This document shows positions 1-9,025 of a stretch of DNA of 27,513 nt, in pieces. The first letter of the stretch is position 1, and every line of letters starts with the position of its first letter. The position numbers and the translations under genes are program-made. The DNA lies in assembly GCF_003334385.1 (NCBI RefSeq), contig NZ_QOWN01000057.1; one strand, 5' to 3'. Under the pieces are notes generated by a model. The model was not told the DNA's origin. It did no database searches and saw only the letters and a program-made list of their open reading frames with translations. This DNA is from Escherichia coli (GTDB lineage Bacteria; Pseudomonadota; Gammaproteobacteria; Enterobacterales; Enterobacteriaceae).

Positions 1-326
1 AGCGACATAATCTGAATCTGAGACAACATCTGGCAAGGCTGGGACGGAAGTTACTGTCGTTCTCAAAATCGGTGGAGCTGCATGACAAGGTCATCGGGCA
101 TTATCTGAACATAAAACACTATCAGTAAGTTGGAGTCATTACCCGACAGCGAGGTGTTTAGTGTGCCATGTCAGGCGAGAAATTCTATTGGATGAATCAA
201 GTCCAACTTACTCATTGTCAATTTCATGGTTGATTATTCGAAACGTGATGCTATTTCCAACATCAACGCTATAATTGCAGAATAATTGTAGATACATTTT
301 TGTATATACAATTAGGGATGGCAATT

Positions 327-614
327 ATGCCAATGGAGTTTGAATGGGATGAAAACAAGGCCAAAAGTAATCGGGTGAAACATGGCATCCGCTTTGAAGA
401 TGCGGTGTTATTGTTTGATGATCCACAACATTTGTCACAGCAAGAACGCATAGAAAACGGTGAGTATCGCTGGCAGACAATCGGCCTGGTTTACGGCATC
501 GTGGTTATTCTGGTTGCGCATACCATCCGTTTCGAAAGCGGAAATGAAATTATTCGAATCATCAGTGCACGAAAAGCAGATCGTAAAGAGAGGAATCGCT
601 ATGAGCATGGTTAA
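327..614 (+). CDS. BrnT-like (DUF497) type II toxin, putative ribonuclease
   Basis: Translation MPMEFEWDENKAKSNRVKHGIRFEDA...RIISARKADRKERNRYEHG fits the DUF497/BrnT pattern (FEWD..KA..N..KHG..FE.A, RIISAR.A). AGGGA sits 8 nt before the ATG at 327; the ORF track starts the frame at 300, so the start is ambiguous among ATGs at 318/327/333. Confidence 0.7.
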   Translation: MPMEFEWDENKAKSNRVKHGIRFEDAVLLFDDPQHLSQQERIENGEYRWQTIGLVYGIVVILVAHTIRFESGNEIIRIISARKADRKERNRYEHG

Positions 615-903
615 ACATAAACGAGGGACCTCCTCTACACTCGATGTGCAGCATGAGGCCGAACTGAAGGCGCTGGCGAATAAATCCGACGAAGATATTG
701 ATTACAGTGATATCCCACCTTCCAGCGATGAGCAATGGTCTAACGCCGAACGCGGTAAGTTTTATCGGCCATTGAAAACTCAGGCTTCGGTGCGTATTGA
801 TGCTGATGTGATGGAATGGTTGAAGCGACCAGGTAAAGGCTATCAAACTCGCCTGAACGCAATTTTACGTGAAGCGATGCTGCGCGATCAGAACAAAAAA
901 TAA
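601..903 (+). CDS. BrnA-like antitoxin (RHH/DUF4415-type)
   Basis: Translation MSMVKHKRG...SVRIDADVMEWLKRPGKGYQTRLNAILREAMLRDQNKK has the BrnA-type C-terminal motif. Its ATG overlaps the 3' end of the toxin gene by 14 nt (toxin-first order typical of brnTA). The track ORF starts at 460, but that upstream extension lies inside the toxin gene. Confidence 0.65.
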   Translation: MSMVKHKRGTSSTLDVQHEAELKALANKSDEDIDYSDIPPSSDEQWSNAERGKFYRPLKTQASVRIDADVMEWLKRPGKGYQTRLNAILREAMLRDQNKK

Positions 904-907
904 TTCA

Positions 908-925
908 GGCCGCCACATGGCGGCC
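908..925. terminator. GC-rich hairpin (ggccgcc-acat-ggcggcc) between convergent brnA and yjiA
   Basis: Perfect 7-bp inverted repeat directly after the brnA stop (901-903) and after the yjiA stop (937, minus strand). Confidence 0.4.
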
Positions 926-936
926 ATCATCCAAAA

Positions 937-1893
937 TTACTTCCTCAACCCCGCAAACGCTGCCCGAATCTCTTCCTCCGGCAACTGAATCCCGATAAAC
1001 ACCATCGTGCTATGCGGTTTTTCATCGCCCCACGGGCGGTCCCAGTCGGCGCTGTAGAGGCGTTGGACGCCCTGGAATAGCAGGCGGTTAGGTTCGCCGT
1101 CAATCCATAGCATCCCTTTGTAACGCAGTAGTTTATCCGCCGACTCCAGCAGCAGGTTTTCCATCACCCGGGAAACTTCGCTGATATCTACCGGGTAATC
1201 CAGTTCCACCACAATCGACGAAATATCGTTTTGTTTGTCCGCGATAAAGTGGAAACGCGGTTTGGTGCTGACGACGTTTTCTTCCAGCATAAAACCGTTG
1301 GTGTTGAACAGAAGGCCCAGGTCGATATCGCCGTGGGTAACGGTGTAGACCGGTGCGCGGGCGTTGATGCGCGCCAGGCGTTCACGCAGTTTCTCTGCTT
1401 CGCCTGCGACGTCGGTTTTCGTCAGCAGAATACGGTCGGCGTAGCCAACCTGGGACTGGGCGATGGTGAACTGGTTCATCTGCTCATCGGCATGTACCGC
1501 ATCCACCAGCGCAATCACGCCGTCCAGCAGGTAGCGCTGGCATAAAATCTCATGGGAGAAAAAGGTCTGAATAATCGGGCCGGGATCGGCCATGCCGGTG
1601 CATTCAATGACCAGACGGTCGAACTGAATATTGCCCTTGTCGAGATTATCCAGCAGGTCGAGTAGTGCGTCTTCCAGCTCGTTGGAGCGCGAACAGCAGA
1701 TGCAGCCGTTGGTCAGCGTTTTGATCTGCGTGGCGCGGTCGCCAATCAGTTGATCATCAACGGAGACTTCGCCGAATTCGTTTTCAATCACGGCAATCTT
1801 GTAGCCGTGTTGTTCGTTAAGAATATGGCGCAGCAGGGTGGTTTTGCCCGCGCCTAAAAAACCGGTGAGTAGGGTAACTGCAATCGGGTTCAT
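937..1893 (-). CDS. yjiA: P-loop GTPase YjiA (COG0523/CobW family)
   Basis: Walker A GFLGAGKTT close to the N-terminus. Start trimmed from the track ORF (1977) to the internal Met MNPIAVTLL..., giving 318 aa as I recall for K-12 YjiA. Confidence 0.9.
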   Translation of the reverse strand: MNPIAVTLLTGFLGAGKTTLLRHILNEQHGYKIAVIENEFGEVSVDDQLIGDRATQIKTLTNGCICCSRSNELEDALLDLLDNLDKGNIQFDRLVIECTGMADPGPIIQTFFSHEILCQRYLLDGVIALVDAVHADEQMNQFTIAQSQVGYADRILLTKTDVAGEAEKLRERLARINARAPVYTVTHGDIDLGLLFNTNGFMLEENVVSTKPRFHFIADKQNDISSIVVELDYPVDISEVSRVMENLLLESADKLLRYKGMLWIDGEPNRLLFQGVQRLYSADWDRPWGDEKPHSTMVFIGIQLPEEEIRAAFAGLRK

Positions 1894-1903
1894 GCTCTCT
1901 CCA

Positions 1904-2107
1904 TTAACAACAGCGCATACCGCCTTTACCATCGCCGCCGTAGCGTGCGTTCTGGCGTTCGCGGAAGAATTCTTCATAGCTCATGTACGGCTTGTCGGGA
2001 TGGTTGGTCTTCATATGCTCGACGTAGTTGTCGTAGTCTGGAATGCCAATCAACATCTTCGCCGCCTGGCCGAGATATTTTTTTGCCTGTCCTAAGTTAC
2101 CAAACAT
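1904..2107 (-). CDS. yjiX: YjiX, small DUF466 protein
   Basis: 67-aa [36 protein letters not shown]... lying between yjiA and btsT as in K-12. Confidence 0.85.
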
Positions 2108-2128
2108 AGTTCACTCTGATAAGAACAA

Positions 2129-2148
2129 AGCCCCGCCGAAGCGGGGCT
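2129..2148. terminator. Hairpin (gccccgc-cgaa-gcggggc) between btsT and yjiX
   Basis: 7-bp GC stem with a 4-nt loop immediately downstream of the btsT stop on the minus strand, followed by a T-containing tract; possible terminator or attenuator. Confidence 0.35.
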
Positions 2149-2156
2149 AAACACGG

Positions 2157-4307
2157 TTAGTGGTGCGAAGAGATCTTCACGCCGCCTTCCGGGATTGGAA
2201 CGTACGGTGTTTCTTTGTCAGTACGTTTGTCGCTGTTACGCACCGCAAGCCAGGTTTTGAAACCGTAGAAGATGATGCTGTACACCACAATCAGGAACAG
2301 AATACTCAGACCTGCGTTGGTGTAGTTGTTCACAACGATGTGGTTCATGTTGGCAATCTGCTGCGCCGTCAGGTCAGTACCGTTAGCAATCTTCTCTTTG
2401 TACTGGCTTGCCATGTAGAAGAAGCCTTCCATCTGCGGGTTGGTGCTGAACAGTTTCAGGCCCAGCGCCCAGGTGGTGCAGATAAGCAGCCATACAGCCG
2501 GAACAACAGTTACCCAGATGTATTGGGTGCGCTTCATCTTAATCAGCACAACGGTGCCCAGTACCAGCGCTACGGCTGCCAGCATCTGGTTGGAAATACC
2601 GAACAGCGGCCACAGGCTCTTAACGCCGCCCAGCGGATCGACCACGCCCTGATACAGCAGGTAGCCCCACAGACCCACACAGCCCGCAGTACCGATGATA
2701 CCGGCAACCAGAGAGTCGGTTTTTTTCAGGAACGGGATGAAGTTACCCAGCAGGTCTTGCAGCATAAAGCGGCCAGAACGGGTACCCGCATCCAGCGCGG
2801 TCAGGATGAACAGTGCTTCGAACAGAATACCGAAGTGATACCAGAAGCCCATGTCAGCCATCGGCAGCACTTTGTGGAACACGTGAGCGATACCTACCGC
2901 CAGCGTCGGCGCACCACCTGCACGGTTCAGGACAGAAGGCTCACCAATGTCTTTCGCGGTTTGCAGGATCTGCTCTGGCGAAATCACGAAGCCCCAGGAG
3001 CTGACGGTCGCTGCCGCGTGTGCGGTAACGTCTTTCAGCTGCGCCATGATGATCGGCGCGTTCTCGCCACCCATTTCATGCAGGTTAGGCATGGTGATGC
3101 CAAGGCCAGCAGGCGGGGTGTTCATCGCGAAGTAAAGACCCGGTTCGATGATGGACGCAGCAACCAGCGCCATAATCGCCACGAAGGACTCCATCAGCAT
3201 TGCGCCGTAGCCGATGAAACGCGCGTCGGTTTCATTAGCCAGCAGTTTTGGCGTCGTACCGGAAGAGATCAGCGCGTGGAAGCCAGATACCGCACCACAG
3301 GCGATGGTGATGAACAGGAACGGGAACAGAGCGCCTTTCCACAGCGGGCCAGTACCGTCAATGTACTGGGTCATGGCAGGCATTTTCAGTTCCGGGTTCA
3401 GCACCACGATACCCAGCGCCAGGCCGACGATAACGCCGATTTTCAGGAAGGTTGCCAGATAGTCGCGCGGTGCGAGGATCAGCCACACCGGCAGCAGTGC
3501 GGAAACAAACGCATAGCCAATCAGCGCGAAGGTAATGGTGGTGTCTTTAAAGGTCAGTGCCGGACCCCAGTACGGATCGTGAGCAATCACGCCACCGAAG
3601 TAGATAGAGGCAACCAGCAGCACGATACCAATGACAGAGACTTCACCCACACGCCCCGGACGAATAAAGCGCATGTAGATACCCATAAACAGCGCAATCG
3701 GTACGGTTGAGCAAACGGTGAAGACACCCCACGGACTTTCGGCCAGGGCTTTAACCACAATCAGCGCCAGGACGGCGAGGATGATGATCATGATTAAGAA
3801 ACAGCCAAACAGCGCGATAGTCCCCGGTACTGGTCCCATCTCTTCTTTGATCATCTCACCAAGAGATGCGCCATTACGGCGAGAGGAGATAAACAGCACC
3901 ATAAAGTCCTGAACCGCACCGGCCAGCACGACCCCCGCCAGCAGCCACAGCGTGCCAGGCAGGTAGCCCATCTGCGCGGCGAGAACCGGACCCACCAGCG
4001 GACCAGCACCGGCGATAGCGGCGAAGTGGTGACCAAACAACACGTAACGGTTGGTCGGAACGTAGTTCAGACCGTCGTTGTTAATAACCGCAGGCGTCGC
4101 GCGCGTGGGGTCGAGTTTCATCACCTTCTGGGCGATGTACAGACTGTAGTAGCGATACGCCACCAGATACACCGATACAGAGGCGACCACGATCCACAGG
4201 GCGCTGACGTGCTCCCCCCGACGTAATGCAACTACCGCGAGGCAGAATGCACCGATGATTCCGAGAATCACCCAGGGTATGTGCTTGAATATCTTTTTAG
4301 TATCCAT
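2157..4307 (-). CDS. btsT: Pyruvate/H+ symporter BtsT (CstA family), formerly YjiY
   Basis: Long polytopic membrane protein. Start trimmed from 4322 to MDTKKIFKHIPWVILG..., matching my recollection of the K-12 N-terminus (716 aa). Confidence 0.9.
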   Translation of the reverse strand: MDTKKIFKHIPWVILGIIGAFCLAVVALRRGEHVSALWIVVASVSVYLVAYRYYSLYIAQKVMKLDPTRATPAVINNDGLNYVPTNRYVLFGHHFAAIAGAGPLVGPVLAAQMGYLPGTLWLLAGVVLAGAVQDFMVLFISSRRNGASLGEMIKEEMGPVPGTIALFGCFLIMIIILAVLALIVVKALAESPWGVFTVCSTVPIALFMGIYMRFIRPGRVGEVSVIGIVLLVASIYFGGVIAHDPYWGPALTFKDTTITFALIGYAFVSALLPVWLILAPRDYLATFLKIGVIVGLALGIVVLNPELKMPAMTQYIDGTGPLWKGALFPFLFITIACGAVSGFHALISSGTTPKLLANETDARFIGYGAMLMESFVAIMALVAASIIEPGLYFAMNTPPAGLGITMPNLHEMGGENAPIIMAQLKDVTAHAAATVSSWGFVISPEQILQTAKDIGEPSVLNRAGGAPTLAVGIAHVFHKVLPMADMGFWYHFGILFEALFILTALDAGTRSGRFMLQDLLGNFIPFLKKTDSLVAGIIGTAGCVGLWGYLLYQGVVDPLGGVKSLWPLFGISNQMLAAVALVLGTVVLIKMKRTQYIWVTVVPAVWLLICTTWALGLKLFSTNPQMEGFFYMASQYKEKIANGTDLTAQQIANMNHIVVNNYTNAGLSILFLIVVYSIIFYGFKTWLAVRNSDKRTDKETPYVPIPEGGVKISSHH

Positions 4308-4514
4308 AGTAAAACCTGGCATGTATTGATTAATAGTTGGCCGAAGCCGTTCTAGGTTTGCGTTGCGTTTGAGGAGGTAAATTGACCGCTATCCTGTAGT
4401 GATGTTGCCAGAGTTACGCGCGCGTAAAGTAAGGTAAATAACTGAGTGGTTATTTTAGGGATGTAAGCGGTCAGTTTTGCGGTTGAGCGGCAAAGGCGTC
4501 GTTTAAGTGACGAT

Positions 4515-4540
4515 AAATATGTGATTCATATCACATATTT
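4515..4540. promoter_or_regulatory. Candidate CRP site: 10-bp inverted arms AAATATGTGA / TCACATATTT around a 6-bp spacer (core TGTGA-N6-TCACA)
   Basis: Read directly from the sequence; the core matches the CRP consensus half-sites. It lies in the divergent btsT-tsr intergenic region; btsT/yjiY is known to be cAMP-CRP dependent. Confidence 0.5.
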
Positions 4541-4626
4541 ATATTGTGAATAATTTATGTAAATAATGGCTTTTTAAATTCAGAGTGTGAATAAAATTAC
4601 TCGGCGTAATCTCCGCGGGATATTCA

Positions 4627-4653
4627 TAAAGTTTTTCCTTTCCAGGCCGAAAA
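4627..4653 (+). promoter_or_regulatory. Sigma-28 (FliA) type promoter for tsr: TAAAGTTT-N11-GCCGAAAA
   Basis: Matches the FliA consensus TAAAGTTT-N11-GCCGATAA with one mismatch, about 30 nt upstream of the tsr start; tsr belongs to the flagellar class 3 regulon. Confidence 0.55.
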
Positions 4654-4683
4654 TCTTGCATCGGTCCACAGGAAAGAGAAACC

Positions 4684-6348
4684 ATGTTAAAACGTATCAA
4701 AATTGTGACCAGCTTACTGCTGGTTTTGGCCGTTTTTGGCCTTTTACAACTGACATCAGGCGGTCTGTTCTTTAATGCCTTAAAGAATGACAAAGAAAAT
4801 TTCACTGTTTTACAAACCATTCGCCAGCAGCAATCCACGCTGAATGGCAGCTGGGTCGCGTTGTTGCAGACGCGTAACACCCTCAACCGCGCGGGTATCC
4901 GCTACATGATGGATCAGAATAATATTGGTAGCGGTTCAACCGTTGCTGAGCTGATGCAGAGTGCCAGTATTTCGCTGAAACAGGCGGAAAAAAACTGGGC
5001 GGATTACGAAGCGTTGCCGCGTGACCCGCGTCAGAGCACCGCCGCAGCGGCAGAGATCAAACGTAATTACGATATTTATCACAATGCGCTGGCGGAGCTG
5101 ATCCAACTATTAGGTGCAGGCAAAATCAACGAGTTCTTTGATCAGCCGACCCAGGGATATCAGGACGGTTTCGAGAAGCAGTATGTGGCTTACATGGAGC
5201 AAGACGATCGGCTCTATGATATCGCCGTCAGCGATAACAATGCCTCCTACAGCCAGGCGATGTGGATTCTGGTGGGCGTGATGATCGTCGTACTGGCGGT
5301 CATCTTCGCCGTCTGGTTCGGTATTAAAGCCTCGCTGGTAGCGCCAATGAATCGCCTGATTGACAGCATTCGTCATATTGCAGGCGGCGATCTGGTGAAA
5401 CCGATTGAGGTGGATGGCTCTAATGAGATGGGGCAACTGGCAGAGAGTTTGCGCCATATGCAGGGAGAGCTGATGCGTACCGTCGGTGATGTGCGCAACG
5501 GGGCCAATGCCATCTATAGCGGTGCCAGCGAAATCGCCACCGGCAATAACGATCTCTCTTCGCGCACCGAGCAACAGGCCGCTTCGCTGGAAGAGACGGC
5601 AGCCAGCATGGAGCAACTGACCGCAACGGTGAAACAGAACGCCGAGAATGCGCGTCAGGCCAGCCATCTGGCGTTAAGTGCTTCTGAAACGGCGCAACGC
5701 GGCGGCAAAGTGGTGGATAACGTAGTACAGACCATGCGCGATATCTCCACCAGTTCGCAGAAAATCGCCGATATTATCAGCGTAATTGACGGCATTGCCT
5801 TCCAGACCAATATTCTGGCTTTGAACGCGGCGGTTGAAGCAGCGCGCGCGGGTGAGCAAGGGCGCGGTTTTGCGGTGGTCGCGGGTGAAGTGCGTAATCT
5901 GGCTCAGCGCAGCGCTCAGGCGGCTCGTGAAATTAAAAGCCTGATTGAAGACTCGGTGGGGAAAGTAGATGTTGGCTCTACGCTGGTCGAAAGCGCAGGG
6001 GAAACAATGGCGGAGATTGTCAGTGCCGTGACCCGCGTGACGGACATTATGGGCGAAATTGCTTCTGCTTCTGATGAGCAGAGCCGTGGTATCGATCAGG
6101 TTGGCTTAGCGGTTGCTGAGATGGACCGGGTAACTCAACAGAACGCTGCGCTGGTGGAAGAATCTGCCGCTGCCGCCGCCGCGCTGGAAGAGCAGGCCAG
6201 TCGCCTGACCGAAGCTGTGGCAGTGTTCCGGATTCAGCAACAGCAGCAACAGCAGCGTGAAACATCGGCTGTGGTAAAAAACGTGACGCCAGCTACGCCG
6301 CGTAAAATGGCAGTGGCAGATAGCGGGGAGAACTGGGAAACGTTTTAA
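4684..6348 (+). CDS. tsr: Methyl-accepting chemotaxis protein I (serine chemoreceptor)
   Basis: Two transmembrane segments, HAMP domain, highly conserved MCP signalling domain, C-terminal NWETF pentapeptide. 554 aa here, with a 7-Gln tract in the C-terminal linker. Confidence 0.95.
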   Translation: MLKRIKIVTSLLLVLAVFGLLQLTSGGLFFNALKNDKENFTVLQTIRQQQSTLNGSWVALLQTRNTLNRAGIRYMMDQNNIGSGSTVAELMQSASISLKQAEKNWADYEALPRDPRQSTAAAAEIKRNYDIYHNALAELIQLLGAGKINEFFDQPTQGYQDGFEKQYVAYMEQDDRLYDIAVSDNNASYSQAMWILVGVMIVVLAVIFAVWFGIKASLVAPMNRLIDSIRHIAGGDLVKPIEVDGSNEMGQLAESLRHMQGELMRTVGDVRNGANAIYSGASEIATGNNDLSSRTEQQAASLEETAASMEQLTATVKQNAENARQASHLALSASETAQRGGKVVDNVVQTMRDISTSSQKIADIISVIDGIAFQTNILALNAAVEAARAGEQGRGFAVVAGEVRNLAQRSAQAAREIKSLIEDSVGKVDVGSTLVESAGETMAEIVSAVTRVTDIMGEIASASDEQSRGIDQVGLAVAEMDRVTQQNAALVEESAAAAAALEEQASRLTEAVAVFRIQQQQQQQRETSAVVKNVTPATPRKMAVADSGENWETF

Positions 6349-6359
6349 TCGCCATAAAA

Positions 6360-6389
6360 ATGCCCGATAAGCAAAATGTTATCGGGCAT
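6360..6389. terminator. Bidirectional terminator hairpin (atgcccgataa / ttatcgggcat) between tsr and lgoT
   Basis: Perfect 11-bp inverted repeat with an 8-nt loop, flanked by an A-run on one side and a T-containing tract on the other, between convergent genes. Confidence 0.6.
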
Positions 6390-6396
6390 AGGGAGT

Positions 6397-7758
6397 TTAA
6401 TCTTTACGCGGGTCGTTGATCGGCTGACGAACCAGGAAGATGTACGCCAGTGCTCCCGCTGCGGTGACGCAACCGCAGATGATTAGTGCCAGACGGAATG
6501 AGTGGGTGGTATCAACAATAAAACCAGTAATGATCGGCGCAAAAGAGGCGCAGATGAAGCTGGCAAAGTTCTGGATACTGCCCACCGACGCCGTCATGCG
6601 AGAAGCAACTGCGACGTGGATCAAGCCCCAGCAGGATGTTCCGGCAAAGTGAATACAGAACAGTGCCATGCCAATCAGCAGAACCGCCGTCATGGATGTT
6701 GTCGCTTGCGGTACGACCAGCGTAAAGGCGGCAGAACAGAACATCCCGGCAATAATGCAGATCTTACGGCTTTTAATCGGAGCCATTCCCCCTTTGACCA
6801 GCCAGTCAGTAACGTAACCGTTGACCAGCATCCCGGCAGCCCCAAACAGGAAAGGGATAGCCGCCATCAACCCTGTGCTTTTTAAATCCAGGTTATAGGC
6901 TGTTTGCAGGTAACCAGGAAGCCAGGCCAGATACAGCCACGCAGTGTAGTTGATGCCACTGAATCCGAGCATCATTCCCCACATTGTGCGGTTACGGAAC
7001 AGGCTGCGCCATTCGGCAAAACTGAGCGGATCTCGGCGGGCATTGACGCTACCTGCATTGAGATAAGCTTGTTCAACGGCAGTCAGTTCTACGTGCTCGC
7101 GGTTGCGATAGAGCATATACCAGCCAATGGCGAGAAAAATCCCCAGCACACCAATGGTAATAAACATCCCACGCCAGCCCATCACCAGCATCATCGCCGC
7201 CAGAATCGGTGGGCTTACGGCAACGCCAATGGTAGAAGCTGCGTTGAAGAAGCCCATCGGGCGTCCGCGCTCTTTGATGTTGAACCAGTCGTTAATGACT
7301 TTTACGCCACATGGGTTCATCGGCGCTTCACCAATCCCCATACCGATACGCACCAACACGAACTGCGTAAAGCTGTGCACCATGCCAGACATGGCCTGGA
7401 ACAGTGACCAGAAGAACATCCCCAGTCCCAGCATCAGGCGTGGGCCTTTACGATCCAATAGTGGGCCGCAAGGAAGTTGCGCAATCCCGTAAGCGAGTGA
7501 AAACACGGAGAGCAAAGCGCCGATTTCGGTGGCACTTAATCCCAATTCTTCACGAATCGTTAAATTTGCTACCGACAGCGAACTGCGGTCGAGATAATTG
7601 ATTACCGCCGCAAAAAATAATAACAACATGGCGGTGGTTTGAATGCGTTTAATTCGGGTACTGCGTTGAACTAATCCATCTGGTGGCACGGGAATATCTG
7701 CCGACGAAGATGGAGTAAATGAAGAACGCGGATCGAGGGTGATATTTTCTTTTTCCAC
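6397..7758 (-). CDS. lgoT: MFS transporter, L-galactonate:H+ symporter
   Basis: 453-aa polytopic membrane protein in the K-12 yjiZ/lgoT position between tsr and lgoR. Confidence 0.85.
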   Translation of the reverse strand: MEKENITLDPRSSFTPSSSADIPVPPDGLVQRSTRIKRIQTTAMLLLFFAAVINYLDRSSLSVANLTIREELGLSATEIGALLSVFSLAYGIAQLPCGPLLDRKGPRLMLGLGMFFWSLFQAMSGMVHSFTQFVLVRIGMGIGEAPMNPCGVKVINDWFNIKERGRPMGFFNAASTIGVAVSPPILAAMMLVMGWRGMFITIGVLGIFLAIGWYMLYRNREHVELTAVEQAYLNAGSVNARRDPLSFAEWRSLFRNRTMWGMMLGFSGINYTAWLYLAWLPGYLQTAYNLDLKSTGLMAAIPFLFGAAGMLVNGYVTDWLVKGGMAPIKSRKICIIAGMFCSAAFTLVVPQATTSMTAVLLIGMALFCIHFAGTSCWGLIHVAVASRMTASVGSIQNFASFICASFAPIITGFIVDTTHSFRLALIICGCVTAAGALAYIFLVRQPINDPRKD

Positions 7759-7972
7759 GCCGGACTCCTGTATTTATAATTTTAATTGTTTACGTAATTG
7801 TGCATTACGCAAGGTTGACATTAACGGCAGGTTAAAGTTTTAGGACTTTACTACCGCTCACAAAAACATTTTTAGTCGACTGATTGTGAGCATAGGTAAG
7901 CGGGAATTTCCCGGTATTTATCTTTTGATAAAACCGTGCACCCGCTAATAGTTTGCTGTTTTTAATCCGTAC

Positions 7973-8887
7973 TTAATGAGCATAACGCGTGTTCTCATTA
8001 ATGGATCGAATCATTGATTGTTTAGCTGAATTCAAATGGTTACGGAGCGCAAGGGTGGCATCAAGGTCACTGCGGCAAATCAGAGCGCTGAGAATGGTCA
8101 TATGCTCATCGACGGCAATGATATTGCGCTGTTTAAGATCGCTTTCGTCCCATTGATAGTGAAAATGAAAGATGACTGAGATGATCTCAAGAGATTGATC
8201 AAAAAAGATATTGTCGGCAGCTGAAAGCAGTAAGGAGTGAAAATCTCTGTCAAGTTGCGAGAACATGCGAAAGCTATTGCCGATGTTGTCACGCAGTAGC
8301 CGATGACGTTCGAGCATGGTTTTCGCCTGCAGCCAGCGGGGATCATGATCAGGCAGGTTGAGAAAGTGCTGAAGTGAATGTGTTTCGAGCATTTCGCGTA
8401 GTTCAAACAGCTGCTCGGCGTAGGATTGATCGAATTGCTTCATGCTCCACTGGCCGCGCTTTTCGCTTTGAATAAGATTATAACGGCCGAATTTTAAAAG
8501 ATATTCTCTTACTACAACCGGGCTGACACCCGCGGCCCGAGCCAGTTGCAGTTCAGAAAAAGTTTCCCCAGGGCGTAACTGGCGCTGGTTTATCATCGTG
8601 AAAAAAGCCTGCTCAAACACTTTGTTTTGTTCACTCATTGAAGCGGTAGTACAGGCGAAACCGTCATCATGGTCAGGTTTACGCGCAATCACATAGTCGT
8701 TTCCAACCTGCGTTAAGACGCCGCATTCGCGTAAGTGGCTGAGAATATGACGCACTGTAGTGCGGCTGATGTTGTACATTTCCGCCAGCGCACTTTGCGA
8801 TGGAAGTGGGGAAGGGATATGACCCCGCGCCATATCATCAATGACCTGGTTAATCACATTGTGGCGTAAATTTTGTGAACGACTCAT
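7973..8887 (-). CDS. lgoR: GntR/FadR-type transcriptional regulator of L-galactonate catabolism
   Basis: 304-aa ORF with an N-terminal HTH-like region (NISRTTVRHILSHL) and a second HTH-like stretch (LQLARAAGVSPVVVREYL); position matches K-12 yjjM/lgoR. Confidence 0.85.
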   Translation of the reverse strand: MSRSQNLRHNVINQVIDDMARGHIPSPLPSQSALAEMYNISRTTVRHILSHLRECGVLTQVGNDYVIARKPDHDDGFACTTASMSEQNKVFEQAFFTMINQRQLRPGETFSELQLARAAGVSPVVVREYLLKFGRYNLIQSEKRGQWSMKQFDQSYAEQLFELREMLETHSLQHFLNLPDHDPRWLQAKTMLERHRLLRDNIGNSFRMFSQLDRDFHSLLLSAADNIFFDQSLEIISVIFHFHYQWDESDLKQRNIIAVDEHMTILSALICRSDLDATLALRNHLNSAKQSMIRSINENTRYAH

Positions 8888-9025
8888 ATTTTCCTCCTTG
8901 TGAGTCCATTAAAACCCGATTTAAAACATTTTTATGCGTGTGTTTTCACAAAACAGATTTTCCGTTCCGCTGCCATTTTTCATTTTCATTGATATCTAAG
9001 GCAACAAAAAATGGAGAGCCGAATC

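Noticed and set aside
269-451. 60-aa minus-strand ORF overlapping the BrnT-like gene
   Set aside because: Antisense to a motif-bearing toxin ORF; Cys/Ser-rich translation without features.
937-1977. 346-aa extended version of yjiA
   Set aside because: The N-terminal extension puts 28 residues before the P-loop, unlike COG0523 GTPases; trimmed to the 318-aa form.
2160-3710. 516-aa plus-strand ORF antisense to btsT
   Set aside because: Low-complexity R/H/Q/D-rich translation with no motifs; it is the mirror-strand open frame of a high-GC, codon-biased membrane-protein gene. The minus-strand btsT reading has clear transmembrane character and matches K-12.
5110-5667. 185-aa minus-strand ORF antisense to tsr
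   Set aside because: Lies inside the conserved MCP coding region; the antisense translation is Arg/His/Gly-rich with no recognisable domain.
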